Positions 32,299 through 40,526 of a stretch of 64,000 nucleotides of DNA are shown one piece after another. Position 1 is the first letter of the stretch; every line of letters begins with the position of its first letter. Source of the DNA: Klebsiella phage iPHaGe-KPN-11i; sequence record OR637327.1; one strand, given 5' to 3'. Below the pieces are notes generated by a model, which was not told the DNA's origin, did no database searches, and saw only the letters and a list, made by a program, of their open reading frames with translations. Position numbers and translations under genes: made by a program.

Positions 32299-32838
32299 AT
32301 GAATACAACTGCTATGATCCTGAACCAGATTTCACCTACTAACTTCATGTTAGATATTCCTGACAATGATTATGTAAAAGGGTTGAAACTACAAGTTCAG
32401 GGTGTTACACTACCTTCTATCAACATTCCAATTACGGATGTCCCACTGAACCCAATGATTCGAGGGAAGATCCCTGGATCTGCAATGGAGTTCGATCCAC
32501 TGACTATTCGTTTTGCTGTTGATGAAGAACTGCGATCGTATCTTGGGGTTTACCTTTGGATGCTCGGTACTGTCGATTTCAATACCTTCGAGTCTGTGCG
32601 CTGGAGTGAACCACAACAGGCAATGGCCTTGCATATTCTGGATAACTCGCAATCAAAAACTGTAGCGACATTTCGCTTCTATGGCGCTTGGCCCTCCAAC
32701 CTCGGAGAGCTTGAGCTTATGTATACTAATGATTCGGATGAAGCCGTATCCTGTATGACGATGTTCAACTTTGCACACATGGAAATTGAAATCGACGGAA
32801 AGGTGATCGTGCCGACTCCACGGAAAACGCAAAAATGA
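32299..32838 (+). CDS. gp3: tail tube terminator / tail completion protein gp3
   Basis: VTLPSINIPITDVPLNP...FRFYGAWPSNLGELELMYTNDSDEAVSCMTMFNFAHMEI resembles T4 gp3 (ILPDIEIPQLQIP...LGSLELK...QLSCQVGFKYAYY). Position also fits. The start is at MNTT (32299) or MEIIM (32287). Confidence 0.8.
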   Translation: MNTTAMILNQISPTNFMLDIPDNDYVKGLKLQVQGVTLPSINIPITDVPLNPMIRGKIPGSAMEFDPLTIRFAVDEELRSYLGVYLWMLGTVDFNTFESVRWSEPQQAMALHILDNSQSKTVATFRFYGAWPSNLGELELMYTNDSDEAVSCMTMFNFAHMEIEIDGKVIVPTPRKTQK

Positions 32839-33503
32839 TTTATGGTATTTGTGGTAAAAAGCGAACGGGTAAAGATACCGTTGCTCAAATGGTTGTGCAT
32901 AACTTCCGCAATGTTGAAGTTATCGCGTTAGCCGACGAAATCAAAGCTATCCTGAAACGTTCTATGGAACATCATGATAACAGGCAATTGCGAGAACTGG
33001 CAGCGAAGAACCCGTTTTATGATGGTGACCGTGAAGCCCCGCTGGTGATGTCAAATAACGACGCATACGCGCTGTTTTCTAGCGGTATCAAAAAATTAAG
33101 TTCTCGTGGGTTCTTCATGAGTAACGCAGATGTTATCGCTCATAAAATTTGCGAAGAAAACAGCCAGCCCTGGACGATTCGCCGTTTGATGCAGGTGTTC
33201 GGGACTGATATTGTTTGTAAAATAGATCCGTCTATCTGGACTTCAATTACGCTTCAAAAAATGTTGAAATCCTACTCGGATCACTTTATCATTACCGATG
33301 TGCGTCAACCGCATGAATATAAATACCTGAGCAAGTTCGGGACTCGCTTTGTGTTCCTTGAACGTGAAACTGGTATTGAAGATAATCATTCAACGGAGAA
33401 AGGTTTGACACCTGGCTTGAGTGATTATACAATCCTAAATAATGGTACGTTAGACGATTTGAAACGCAACGTGCTTAATGTATTCAATCTTTTAAGAGTG
33501 TAA
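32835..33503 (+). CDS. gp1: deoxynucleoside monophosphate kinase gp1
   Basis: The P-loop GKKRTGKDT (T4 GVKRSGKDT) and WTIRRLMQVFGTD (T4 WSVRRLMQALGTD) are present, with the C-terminus LNNGTLDDL..NVL matching T4 TNDGSLEEL. Confidence 0.92.
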   Translation: MIYGICGKKRTGKDTVAQMVVHNFRNVEVIALADEIKAILKRSMEHHDNRQLRELAAKNPFYDGDREAPLVMSNNDAYALFSSGIKKLSSRGFFMSNADVIAHKICEENSQPWTIRRLMQVFGTDIVCKIDPSIWTSITLQKMLKSYSDHFIITDVRQPHEYKYLSKFGTRFVFLERETGIEDNHSTEKGLTPGLSDYTILNNGTLDDLKRNVLNVFNLLRV

Positions 33504-33506
33504 ACA

Positions 33507-33773
33507 ATGACTGAACAAAACCAAACCCAACAGCTTCAAAACGATGTCCTGATCCTGAAAGCCCGTGTATTCGACCTGAACGAAATCATTCAGGGTAAAG
33601 AACAAGAACTGGCAAATCACCGTCAACTCGTAGGCCAGATTTGCGGTCTTCTGGAAATCGACGGTTCGCAGGGTGTATCCCCTGATGCCCTGATCGGCGC
33701 GATCAAAGCACTTCTGCCAGCAACAGTAGAAATCGCTGGTGATAATGAAGCGATTGATGCATCAAAAGCATAA
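33507..33773 (+). CDS. gp57A: tail fibre assembly chaperone gp57A
   Basis: It is a small coiled-coil protein (MTEQNQTQQLQNDVLILKARVFDL) like T4 gp57A (MSEQTIEQKLSAEIVTLKSRILD), and position fits. Confidence 0.85.
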   Translation: MTEQNQTQQLQNDVLILKARVFDLNEIIQGKEQELANHRQLVGQICGLLEIDGSQGVSPDALIGAIKALLPATVEIAGDNEAIDASKA

Positions 33774-33796
33774 TTAACGCTTAGGCGTTTAACCAC

Positions 33797-33817
33797 TGGG
33801 GGCGAAAGCCCCTTTTT
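33797..33817 (+). terminator. intrinsic terminator (GGGGGCGAAAGCCCC + TTTTT) between 57A and 57B
   Basis: A GC hairpin followed by a T5 run. Confidence 0.7.
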
Positions 33818-33831
33818 CATTTGGAGTACAC

Positions 33832-34455
33832 ATGAAAAGTTTTCTTGAAGTAGCGAAACCCGTAGTTGATTCGGGGATCTATATGTGTGCGAAGTTCGAT
33901 CAGGCTTCCTGTGAAGCGCTCGCGAAGGTGCAAAAACTTCTTGGTGTAGAGAATCCTGTTTCCGCTGCAAAACTGCATACAACGATTGTGTATAGCCGTA
34001 AGACGGTTGATCTGTTCCCTGCCTCCGGTATCTCTGAACCTGCCCGACTGGTTGACGTGGAGAAGTGGGACACGAAATACGGTAATACGATCGTGGGCGT
34101 TCTGGAATCTGATTATCTCCATAGCCGCTTCAAAGATGCAATGGATGCTGGAGCAACATACGATTATGACGATTACAAACCACACGTAACGCTCGCATAT
34201 GATTCCCGCATCGAAGATATCAGCGGAGTTAAAAGACTGTTGACACTGCCCGTAGATTTGACTATTATCGAGGAAGATGCTGAACCGCTGGATCTTGATA
34301 AGAAAGTTGAAGACATCACGGAGCACATCGAACATCGCGGCGATAAATGGGTTATTCTGAACCACGATCGCACAAAAGAACTTGGTGAATATGACTCGAA
34401 GGAAGCCGCCGAAAAACGGTTATGCCAGATTGAGTTCTTCAAACATAATGGGTGA
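33832..34455 (+). CDS. 57B: 2H phosphoesterase-family protein (T4 57B-like) with C-terminal extension
   Basis: Two H-x-T/S-x motifs (HTTIVYS and HVTLAY) are spaced as in the LigT/2H superfamily, and T4 57B at this locus is a 2H family member. Confidence 0.7.
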   Translation: MKSFLEVAKPVVDSGIYMCAKFDQASCEALAKVQKLLGVENPVSAAKLHTTIVYSRKTVDLFPASGISEPARLVDVEKWDTKYGNTIVGVLESDYLHSRFKDAMDAGATYDYDDYKPHVTLAYDSRIEDISGVKRLLTLPVDLTIIEEDAEPLDLDKKVEDITEHIEHRGDKWVILNHDRTKELGEYDSKEAAEKRLCQIEFFKHNG

Positions 34456-34458
34456 TTT

Positions 34459-35016
34459 ATGAACAGAGCACGATTGATGTATGTTATCAATAACTTACGC
34501 AGAGAAGTTAACCAAAATTTCAGTAAAGCGTTAAGTGATTGGTATGTGACAAAGGTTTCAATGACTACAGATCACATCGCAGACCGATTCCTGGATCGTT
34601 CCGCGTCAGTCAAAAAAGACTTTGCGATCTACAGTGAAATTCTTAATAGTCTCGCTAAACATTATTCGTGTAACGTTCTGTATTACGCGGTGAAAGCGAA
34701 AAACGAAGGTATGCAGGAAGTCATTGCATATCGCCGGATTAATGGCAAAGTGTTTGCCTGTGCGTTCACCGTCCAGATGTTCGAAAACATGGATGATTCT
34801 GTTGCTCACGAAAAGCCAGTGATTGCTTTACGATTCCGAACCGTTATCCCTGAGTATACGTTGAGCCTGAACACGCGAAACGCGATCCATGTGAATTACA
34901 TCGCACCTAAAATCAAGTTCGAGTATGACGGCTACAGACGCGTTATGTCACGCCTGGATCGCCTGATTGCTTCAAAAGATTGTCCGCCTCAACTACACAT
35001 GTTGAAAAATATTTGA
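34459..35016 (+). CDS. hypothetical protein
   Basis: A 185-aa ORF, tightly packed (4 nt after the 57B stop). Confidence 0.6.
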   Translation: MNRARLMYVINNLRREVNQNFSKALSDWYVTKVSMTTDHIADRFLDRSASVKKDFAIYSEILNSLAKHYSCNVLYYAVKAKNEGMQEVIAYRRINGKVFACAFTVQMFENMDDSVAHEKPVIALRFRTVIPEYTLSLNTRNAIHVNYIAPKIKFEYDGYRRVMSRLDRLIASKDCPPQLHMLKNI

Positions 35017-35056
35017 AAAAAGCCCTTGCATTCGTGCAGGGGCTTTTGTTATATTA
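35017..35056 (+). promoter_or_regulatory. PeSL-like cassette A: terminator stem-loop (AGCCCTTGCA..TGCAGGGGCT) containing a TTGCAT -35 and extended -10 TGtTATATT
   Basis: AAAAAAGCCCTTGCATTCGTGCAGGGGCTTTTGTTATATTAGGGG. The hairpin plus T-run forms the terminator, and -35 TTGCAT and -10 TATATT are 17-18 nt apart spanning the stem. Confidence 0.6.
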
Positions 35057-35082
35057 GGGGTGTCGAAACAAAGGAGGCAATC

Positions 35083-35223
35083 ATGAAACTTTACTGGCTG
35101 GTGTTCTCAAACGGGTTTGTAATGAAAGGCACTGTTCACTGTGCGAAAACTTATTGCAAATGGAATGAATGCTCTTTCCGTATCCTGAGCGTTGCATCTT
35201 CTCAACCTGTAGGGGATTACTAA
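35083..35223 (+). CDS. small Cys-rich protein (46 aa)
   Basis: AAAGGAGG SD, then the ATG at 35083 giving MKLYWLVFSNGFVMKGTVHCAKTYCKWNEC... Confidence 0.5.
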   Translation: MKLYWLVFSNGFVMKGTVHCAKTYCKWNECSFRILSVASSQPVGDY

Positions 35224-35297
35224 TGACTGGTGATAAGTGGGTTGATAAAACTTTGTTGTTGACAGTAATCTACTTTCTGGTAAAATACCTGGTGTAG
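35223..35297 (+). CDS. possible 24-aa hydrophobic peptide
   Basis: TAATG overlap with the previous stop gives MTGDKWVDKTLLLTVIYFLVKYLV. It overlaps a strong sigma70 promoter, so it may be non-coding. Confidence 0.25.
   Translation: MTGDKWVDKTLLLTVIYFLVKYLV
35259..35286 (+). promoter_or_regulatory. sigma70 early promoter TTGACA-N16-TAAAAT
   Basis: TTGACAGTAATCTACTTTCTGGTAAAAT lies upstream of the small membrane-protein gene at 35313. Confidence 0.6.
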
Positions 35298-35312
35298 ACA
35301 AAGGAGGGAGTT

Positions 35313-35453
35313 ATGAGAAACTTACTGAATATCGCGGAAATCTTTTGCTATGGTGTCGCTGTGTATGTCCTGTTTAACGGTGACGGCGCGGGATACTGGA
35401 TCATGTTCGGTGGTGGATTGTTCCTCTCTTTCCTCAAACGATTCTTTAAGTGA
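35313..35453 (+). CDS. small membrane protein (46 aa, two hydrophobic segments)
   Basis: AAGGAGGGAG SD 5 nt before the ATG, giving MRNLLNIAEIFCYGVAVYVLFNGDGAGYWIMFGGGLFLSFLKRFFK. Confidence 0.55.
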   Translation: MRNLLNIAEIFCYGVAVYVLFNGDGAGYWIMFGGGLFLSFLKRFFK

Positions 35454-35460
35454 GAAATAT

Positions 35461-35784
35461 ATGATGAAAAAATTTAGTGTGATCACCCCTGCTGATCTGA
35501 GAATTCTCGATCTGCGTCAATTATGTGCGGTATTTGGTGGCGAGAAAACGTTGCGTCAGATCTCCGATGAACTGAAAGCGAAATATCCGCACCAATGCCC
35601 GAAATGTGAGGGTAAAGGGTTCGAAGTCAAACGTGTTAACACGTATCCTTCTGGCTTGCCGGATTCTGGCTGGGTTGATCAGATGGAAGATATCAGTTAC
35701 GTGTGTGATATCTGTAACGGGCAAGGCTTCACCAAAGAACGCCTTATCGCAAAACCTGTCAAAGTGGAATATGTACCCGCATGA
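35461..35784 (+). CDS. zinc-ribbon protein (CPKCEGKG...CDICNGQG)
   Basis: MMKKFSVITPADL..; two CxxC pairs. The table ORF extends upstream, and the ATGATG lies at 35461. Confidence 0.6.
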   Translation: MMKKFSVITPADLRILDLRQLCAVFGGEKTLRQISDELKAKYPHQCPKCEGKGFEVKRVNTYPSGLPDSGWVDQMEDISYVCDICNGQGFTKERLIAKPVKVEYVPA

Positions 35785-36083
35785 AAATTACCGATCTCGT
35801 AAAGGCGGCTAATGCGCTGGTAACAAGCGATCATTACGTCAACTACTGCGAGCAATACCCTGTTCCCCTGGAACGCGCGATTGCTCAATCCGGTTATGAC
35901 GGTATCAGTACCGTAACCGTTGAAAACCTGAAAACGTTCATCGTGTTTGCTAACACGTTCTGGATGTACTTACCCGATAATATCGGAATCCGCCAGCCTA
36001 CTTTTTTCACGCTGTGCATGTTCTGTGAAACTTATCTCCCTGAATGCGATGACTACGAAGAACATTATGGAAAAAGTGAATAA
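35781..36083 (+). CDS. hypothetical protein
   Basis: 100-aa ORF with an ATGA overlap with the upstream gene. Confidence 0.6.
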   Translation: MKITDLVKAANALVTSDHYVNYCEQYPVPLERAIAQSGYDGISTVTVENLKTFIVFANTFWMYLPDNIGIRQPTFFTLCMFCETYLPECDDYEEHYGKSE

Positions 36084-36333
36084 AGTATCCCTGATATTCT
36101 TCGATCCGAAACTCGGTATCACGTTCTGTAACGGATTCGCGCCGAACGCCGAAGAAATGTTCAGGATTGCATTTAGCAATGAACCTGACAAACTCGATAA
36201 AGAAGTGTTGGCAGAGATAAACAAAACTGGTACGCTGTATTATGCCCGACGCAACGACATTGTGAACGGCATTCAGTACCAATCAACCCTTGAAAAACTC
36301 AAAACTGAACTGAAAGAAATAGGTGAATTATGA
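36067..36333 (+). CDS. hypothetical protein
   Basis: MEKVNKVSLIFFDP..; start chosen to minimise overlap (the table ORF begins at 35947). Confidence 0.5.
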   Translation: MEKVNKVSLIFFDPKLGITFCNGFAPNAEEMFRIAFSNEPDKLDKEVLAEINKTGTLYYARRNDIVNGIQYQSTLEKLKTELKEIGEL

Positions 36334-36575
36334 CTTCTACAGCTATTCAACAACAAACCATTGATCATGATGCTGAATTCGCACAACTGATCAAAGAACA
36401 TAACGCTTTTGCGGCTTCTCGCGTCAATGAAGAAAGCGAACAGACCCGCCGATCCCTCTGGGTTGCCATTTACCGCGAAGTGTTCAGCGAGAAATCCGCT
36501 AACAAACACACTCAGGCAGTTGATGCAGCAGATAAAGCGCTGGCAGCATACGATCGTAAGTTCGGAGCACAGTAA
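36330..36575 (+). CDS. hypothetical protein
   Basis: 81-aa ORF with an ATGA overlap. Confidence 0.55.
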   Translation: MTSTAIQQQTIDHDAEFAQLIKEHNAFAASRVNEESEQTRRSLWVAIYREVFSEKSANKHTQAVDAADKALAAYDRKFGAQ

Positions 36576-36988
36576 TGGAACGGTCTGCTGGTATTCTCTT
36601 CCTGAATAACGGCAGCGTTTTAATGGGCCACGCAACCGAAACGCCTCATTGGGACATCCCAAAGGGGCATATCGAAAAAGGCGAAGAACCTATTCACGCT
36701 GCGATCCGTGAGTGCTTCGAAGAAACCGGAGTTCTTGTTGAACCGCACGAACTGGAAAGCCTCGGAAGACTGGATTATACCAGTAAAAAAGAGCTTTACT
36801 TATTCGTGTATAAAGGCAATAATTACCCCGAAGCCGATAAATGCTTCTGTGCGTCAACGTTCGTGAAGAACGGGCGAACCATCACAGAAATGGACGGTTT
36901 CAAATATGTTCCGTATAGCCAGATCCGCGATCATGCGCGTAAGACTATGGGACAACTTCTATCTAAACTTGTGGGATATACATCATGA
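36575..36988 (+). CDS. Nudix hydrolase
   Basis: Complete Nudix box GHIEKGEEPIHAAIRECFEETGV (G-x5-E-x7-REUxEExGU). Confidence 0.85.
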   Translation: MERSAGILFLNNGSVLMGHATETPHWDIPKGHIEKGEEPIHAAIRECFEETGVLVEPHELESLGRLDYTSKKELYLFVYKGNNYPEADKCFCASTFVKNGRTITEMDGFKYVPYSQIRDHARKTMGQLLSKLVGYTS

Positions 36989-37365
36989 AAGCAACTACTT
37001 TCCAAATCTGCCAAATGATCCTTCTGGCTACCGCAACCCGCGCCGCTGAACCTATCGCGTATCAGTCATGGGGTGATTCATTCACCGTGAAAAATATTCG
37101 CGATCTGCCTGGACGCCTTTACGCTTCCCCTGATTTCGAACCCGTCGATCCGAATGATTTGACGCTGGAAGAAATGAAAAATCTGGGCTTCCGTAAGTGG
37201 AGCGACGATTCAAACATGATGCTGATCCCTCTGTATCTGTTGCCATACCTGAAAGACGGTTTCCGCGCTATCAGTATCAGCGGTGAAGAATTTGAATTCA
37301 GCACTGGTGAATCAGATAACGATCATCGTATGGGGCTGCTGTCTTTCGGGGCATTGCCTAAATGA
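36985..37365 (+). CDS. hypothetical protein
   Basis: 126-aa ORF, overlapping starts. Confidence 0.55.
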   Translation: MKATTFQICQMILLATATRAAEPIAYQSWGDSFTVKNIRDLPGRLYASPDFEPVDPNDLTLEEMKNLGFRKWSDDSNMMLIPLYLLPYLKDGFRAISISGEEFEFSTGESDNDHRMGLLSFGALPK

Positions 37366-37622
37366 GTCACGTTGATTTCAACACCTTATCTCAATTGGGG
37401 CTGATTTGGAAAATCAATAAAGATATCCTGCATCCCCTGGGGCTGGCGTTGACGCGTGATCCTGAAACTGGCGTATCAATCGGTGCGCTGGTTTCCGATG
37501 ATGGTGTCTGGTCGTTCAGCGAAAAATCAGACTTTGAAAACATCGCAAAGTTGAATAAACTTTATGCTTTACAGGCCGAAGGAAAGCTGTTAGAGTTCCT
37601 ACAACAAAACGTGAAAGAGTGA
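37362..37622 (+). CDS. hypothetical protein
   Basis: 86-aa ORF. Confidence 0.55.
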   Translation: MSHVDFNTLSQLGLIWKINKDILHPLGLALTRDPETGVSIGALVSDDGVWSFSEKSDFENIAKLNKLYALQAEGKLLEFLQQNVKE

Positions 37623-37628
37623 TATATT

Positions 37629-37967
37629 ATGACTTACAAAGCTGGCGATCGTGTAGTAACCGTTAAGGATGGTAAGTTTGCCAAAGCCGGAACGCACGGA
37701 ATTGTCAATACCGACCGTGATGGTATTCTGGGTGTGGTTGGGCCGGATCATGGAAAATCAACATTATTCGAAACAGACAAAGTGCGTATCGCAACCGCTG
37801 CTGATCCTGGTTACTATGGAACCCGCGACGAGTTCGAAAGTGAAAAGGATCAGGAGATCGCAGAACTGAAAACTAAAGTTCATAACGCGCGGGTGTTGGC
37901 GGTGATTTGCCTTACCGTTGCGGCTATCAATACTGGTTTGTTGGGTTGGGTGGTGAATCATGTCTAA
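37629..37967 (+). CDS. hypothetical protein with C-terminal TM helix
   Basis: 112 aa, with the hydrophobic C-terminus VLAVICLTVAAINTGLLGWVV. Confidence 0.55.
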   Translation: MTYKAGDRVVTVKDGKFAKAGTHGIVNTDRDGILGVVGPDHGKSTLFETDKVRIATAADPGYYGTRDEFESEKDQEIAELKTKVHNARVLAVICLTVAAINTGLLGWVVNHV

Positions 37968-38493
37968 AGATGATATTCCGGTTCATAACCGTATCCGCGA
38001 TCAGTTAACTTTTCGCAGTCGCGATCACGCGATCATGGTTGGGAGTTATCTGCATTGGTGGAAGAATAAAGATCTGGATCTGAATCCATCTTATCAGCGC
38101 CCCTATGTGTGGACGCAGAAAGAGCAAGATGCGTTTCTGACTACCCTGATCAGTGGTTTCCCTTGCGGTATCATCGCGATCGCGGTTGATAGCCAGTTCA
38201 ACGAAACTCACTGGGTAGAAGTCATCGACGGTAAACAACGCCTGACGACGATTATCAAAGTCTACGAAGGTGAAATTGGGATTCCTATGCCGGACGGTTC
38301 CCGTTTGTTCTGGGACGAAATGCCACGACACGAACAGCGAGCCTTTGAAAACATTTCATTACCTGCCCTGGGGCTGGATGAATGCACCAAAAAGGATCGT
38401 CTGGAATTCTTCATCAAACTGAACTTCGCGGGTGTGCCTCAATCTCAAGATCACATGAACCGCGTCCTGGAAATGTATAAGGCTGCAAAATGA
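37960..38493 (+). CDS. DUF262 / ParB-like nuclease-domain protein (GmrSD N-terminal-like)
   Basis: It has the IDGKQRLTTI motif (the DGQQR signature of DUF262/ParB-Srx) preceded by a conserved hydrophobic core, in a 177-aa stand-alone domain. Confidence 0.65.
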   Translation: MSKDDIPVHNRIRDQLTFRSRDHAIMVGSYLHWWKNKDLDLNPSYQRPYVWTQKEQDAFLTTLISGFPCGIIAIAVDSQFNETHWVEVIDGKQRLTTIIKVYEGEIGIPMPDGSRLFWDEMPRHEQRAFENISLPALGLDECTKKDRLEFFIKLNFAGVPQSQDHMNRVLEMYKAAK

Positions 38494-38798
38494 ACAAAGA
38501 CGAAGAACTGTATATGGATTCAGCAGAACCAAACCAGTTTATCATCGGCAAAGAAGATCATGAACTGTTGCAAGCGGTTAAAAACTTGCTGGCGTATTCT
38601 CATATCCGCGTACCGAATGGCGATAATGCAAAACTGGAAATCTCGTGTTCTGGTTATGGTTACACCGCTACCGCTGATAAACTCATTAGCTATTCCGCAT
38701 CAAGAACCCGTGAACTGGTTCATTACCGCGATAAATTGAGTGAAGAAATCCATCAAACTCAGGTAATTGTAGACCAGTTGCCAGAAAAATTCGATTAA
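38490..38798 (+). CDS. hypothetical protein
   Basis: 102-aa ORF. Confidence 0.55.
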   Translation: MNKDEELYMDSAEPNQFIIGKEDHELLQAVKNLLAYSHIRVPNGDNAKLEISCSGYGYTATADKLISYSASRTRELVHYRDKLSEEIHQTQVIVDQLPEKFD

Positions 38799-38802
38799 AG
38801 TG

Positions 38803-38842
38803 AAAAAAGCCCTTGCAGCAATGCAGGGGCTTTGTTATATTA
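38803..38842 (+). promoter_or_regulatory. PeSL-like cassette B (terminator hairpin AGCCCTTGCA-GCAA-TGCAGGGGCT; -35 TTGCAG, 17-nt spacer, ext. -10 TGtTATATT) followed by the conserved leader CACACATCGAAACGAAAC
   Basis: AAAAAAGCCCTTGCAGCAATGCAGGGGCTTTGTTATATTACACACATCGAAACGAAACAGAGAAAGGAAAACATCATG. Confidence 0.6.
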
Positions 38843-38877
38843 CACACATCGAAACGAAACAGAGAAAGGAAAACATC

Positions 38878-39081
38878 ATGAACATGAACAAAAACATTGC
38901 TTCTGTAGTTGGTTGTGAAGTTTCTAACGCAGAACGTTATGACAACGGTTTCTCTTTCTGTGTTCCGACTGAACTCGATGCGTACAAAGCCGCATACAAA
39001 TACCGCACTATGCCGATGGTGAACGTTACTTACTCACCGAACATCGAAATGTGGGTTGTTCAGGTTTACAACAAAGTATGA
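38878..39081 (+). CDS. hypothetical small protein (67 aa)
   Basis: It sits downstream of PeSL-like cassette B and starts MNMNKNIASVVG... Confidence 0.55.
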   Translation: MNMNKNIASVVGCEVSNAERYDNGFSFCVPTELDAYKAAYKYRTMPMVNVTYSPNIEMWVVQVYNKV

Positions 39082-39272
39082 ACTTCCACGAACGCAAGGC
39101 CGCACGAACCGATTATTATATGCGGTTCGTGTATGGCTGGAAATTACGGAAATGTGTTGCATGTAATGGATCTGGGCGATATGATAGCGACCGATCTCCG
39201 AAATGCAGTTCATGTAATGGAACCGGAAAAGAACGCTTTAAACCTGTGAGGAATATATTATGCAACATGTGA
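39078..39272 (+). CDS. mini-protein with DnaJ-type zinc finger (2x CxxCxGxG)
   Basis: CVACNGSGRYD...CSSCNGTGKE. Confidence 0.55.
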   Translation: MNFHERKAARTDYYMRFVYGWKLRKCVACNGSGRYDSDRSPKCSSCNGTGKERFKPVRNILCNM

Positions 39273-39676
39273 ATCTCAACCCAAAAATGGAAAAGTATCT
39301 GAATCGCCGTCATGACAACCAGGCGCAAAGGGATCAGGAACGCGCAATCAACATTGAAACGGCTAAACTCCTTACCCAGATGTTCCGTAAGTTTCCTAGC
39401 AAATTCCCATGCAATTCTATGCATTCAAGTAACTGTATCAGCGTAGAACTGGCTGATAAGCGTTGTATCAGGGTTAACCTGGCTTACGGGTTATCCGAAG
39501 ACGGATATAACCTGGTGATGGGCTGGACATCAATGATTGGCAACTTCGTTGAACAGAACAATATTGAGTTCAATATGATGCGCTCTGATTTGTTCCAGTG
39601 TCCGGTCGATTCAATCAATATCGGTAGCCTTTACGCTATCCTTCGCGCACAATATGATTTGTGGAGTACAAAATGA
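39260..39676 (+). CDS. hypothetical protein
   Basis: 138-aa ORF. Confidence 0.55.
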   Translation: MQHVNLNPKMEKYLNRRHDNQAQRDQERAINIETAKLLTQMFRKFPSKFPCNSMHSSNCISVELADKRCIRVNLAYGLSEDGYNLVMGWTSMIGNFVEQNNIEFNMMRSDLFQCPVDSINIGSLYAILRAQYDLWSTK

Positions 39677-40263
39677 AAGTAACAAGTGAAAAACTTGAAG
39701 AAATTGAAAAATCAGCCCGTTCGATTTCTTTTATGATGGGTAGTAAGTGGACTCTCGTTGAAAATATGAGCATCCAGGGAAATCAGGAATATGGTTTCAG
39801 GGGCAAAGAGTATAAACGCGCGTTCTCATATGGTGTTCCATATGGCGACAGCCCTACACAGATTAAAAGCTGGGAAGAGGGTCTCGGAAAATATCTGGAA
39901 ACCGTAGATCCGCAAACGGTTCTGGATCTGGTTAGCGATCTGTCACTCGCGCTTCGAGACAAGCAAAAAGCAGAATCAGAAGCCGCACACTGGAAAGCAA
40001 ATCATGAATGTGAAGTATCCCGCGCCCGTGTCCTCAAAGAGCGTCCTGATATGCCGCTGGAGCGCGTCAACGCATACAACCGTATGGTTGAGTTAGAAGA
40101 GGAAAACAAAGCCTTAAAACAGCGTATAGCGAGCCTGGAGGATGTCAATCAAACCCGCATGATGTTGCAGATGATTCAGGGTATGGTGATTGATACCCAA
40201 AACATGAACCGCGAACAACTGCGCTACTGGCAAACACATTTCCGCAATCCTAACGGGTGGTAA
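39673..40263 (+). CDS. hypothetical coiled-coil protein
   Basis: MKVTSEKLEEIEK..., with a GGAG SD. The table ORF starts at 39661. Confidence 0.55.
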   Translation: MKVTSEKLEEIEKSARSISFMMGSKWTLVENMSIQGNQEYGFRGKEYKRAFSYGVPYGDSPTQIKSWEEGLGKYLETVDPQTVLDLVSDLSLALRDKQKAESEAAHWKANHECEVSRARVLKERPDMPLERVNAYNRMVELEEENKALKQRIASLEDVNQTRMMLQMIQGMVIDTQNMNREQLRYWQTHFRNPNGW

Positions 40264-40264
40264 T

Positions 40265-40513
40265 ATGTTCGGACGAAAACGAGAATGTAAACATGTTGCT
40301 ACCGGATGGATGCGGGGAACTCCTTACGCCTGGATGCATCATTCCGTAACCGATGGGATCGGGCGTATACATGGCGATATGTATGCAACATGCGACAAGT
40401 GCGGGGAGAAGTTTTTGATGTGTAAGATACACGTTGACCACGCGATCCGTGAGCTGGCAAAACATCCAATCACCCGCGCCGAAATCCTTCGAATCCTCGA
40501 AGAAACAAAATAG
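40265..40513 (+). CDS. hypothetical protein
   Basis: 82-aa ORF. Confidence 0.5.
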   Translation: MFGRKRECKHVATGWMRGTPYAWMHHSVTDGIGRIHGDMYATCDKCGEKFLMCKIHVDHAIRELAKHPITRAEILRILEETK

Positions 40514-40526
40514 CACTTTTTGTTTA

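Noticed and set aside
33817-34365. 182-aa minus-strand ORF opposite 57B
   Set aside because: The plus-strand ORF carries the 2H catalytic motifs, so the minus ORF is the antisense shadow.
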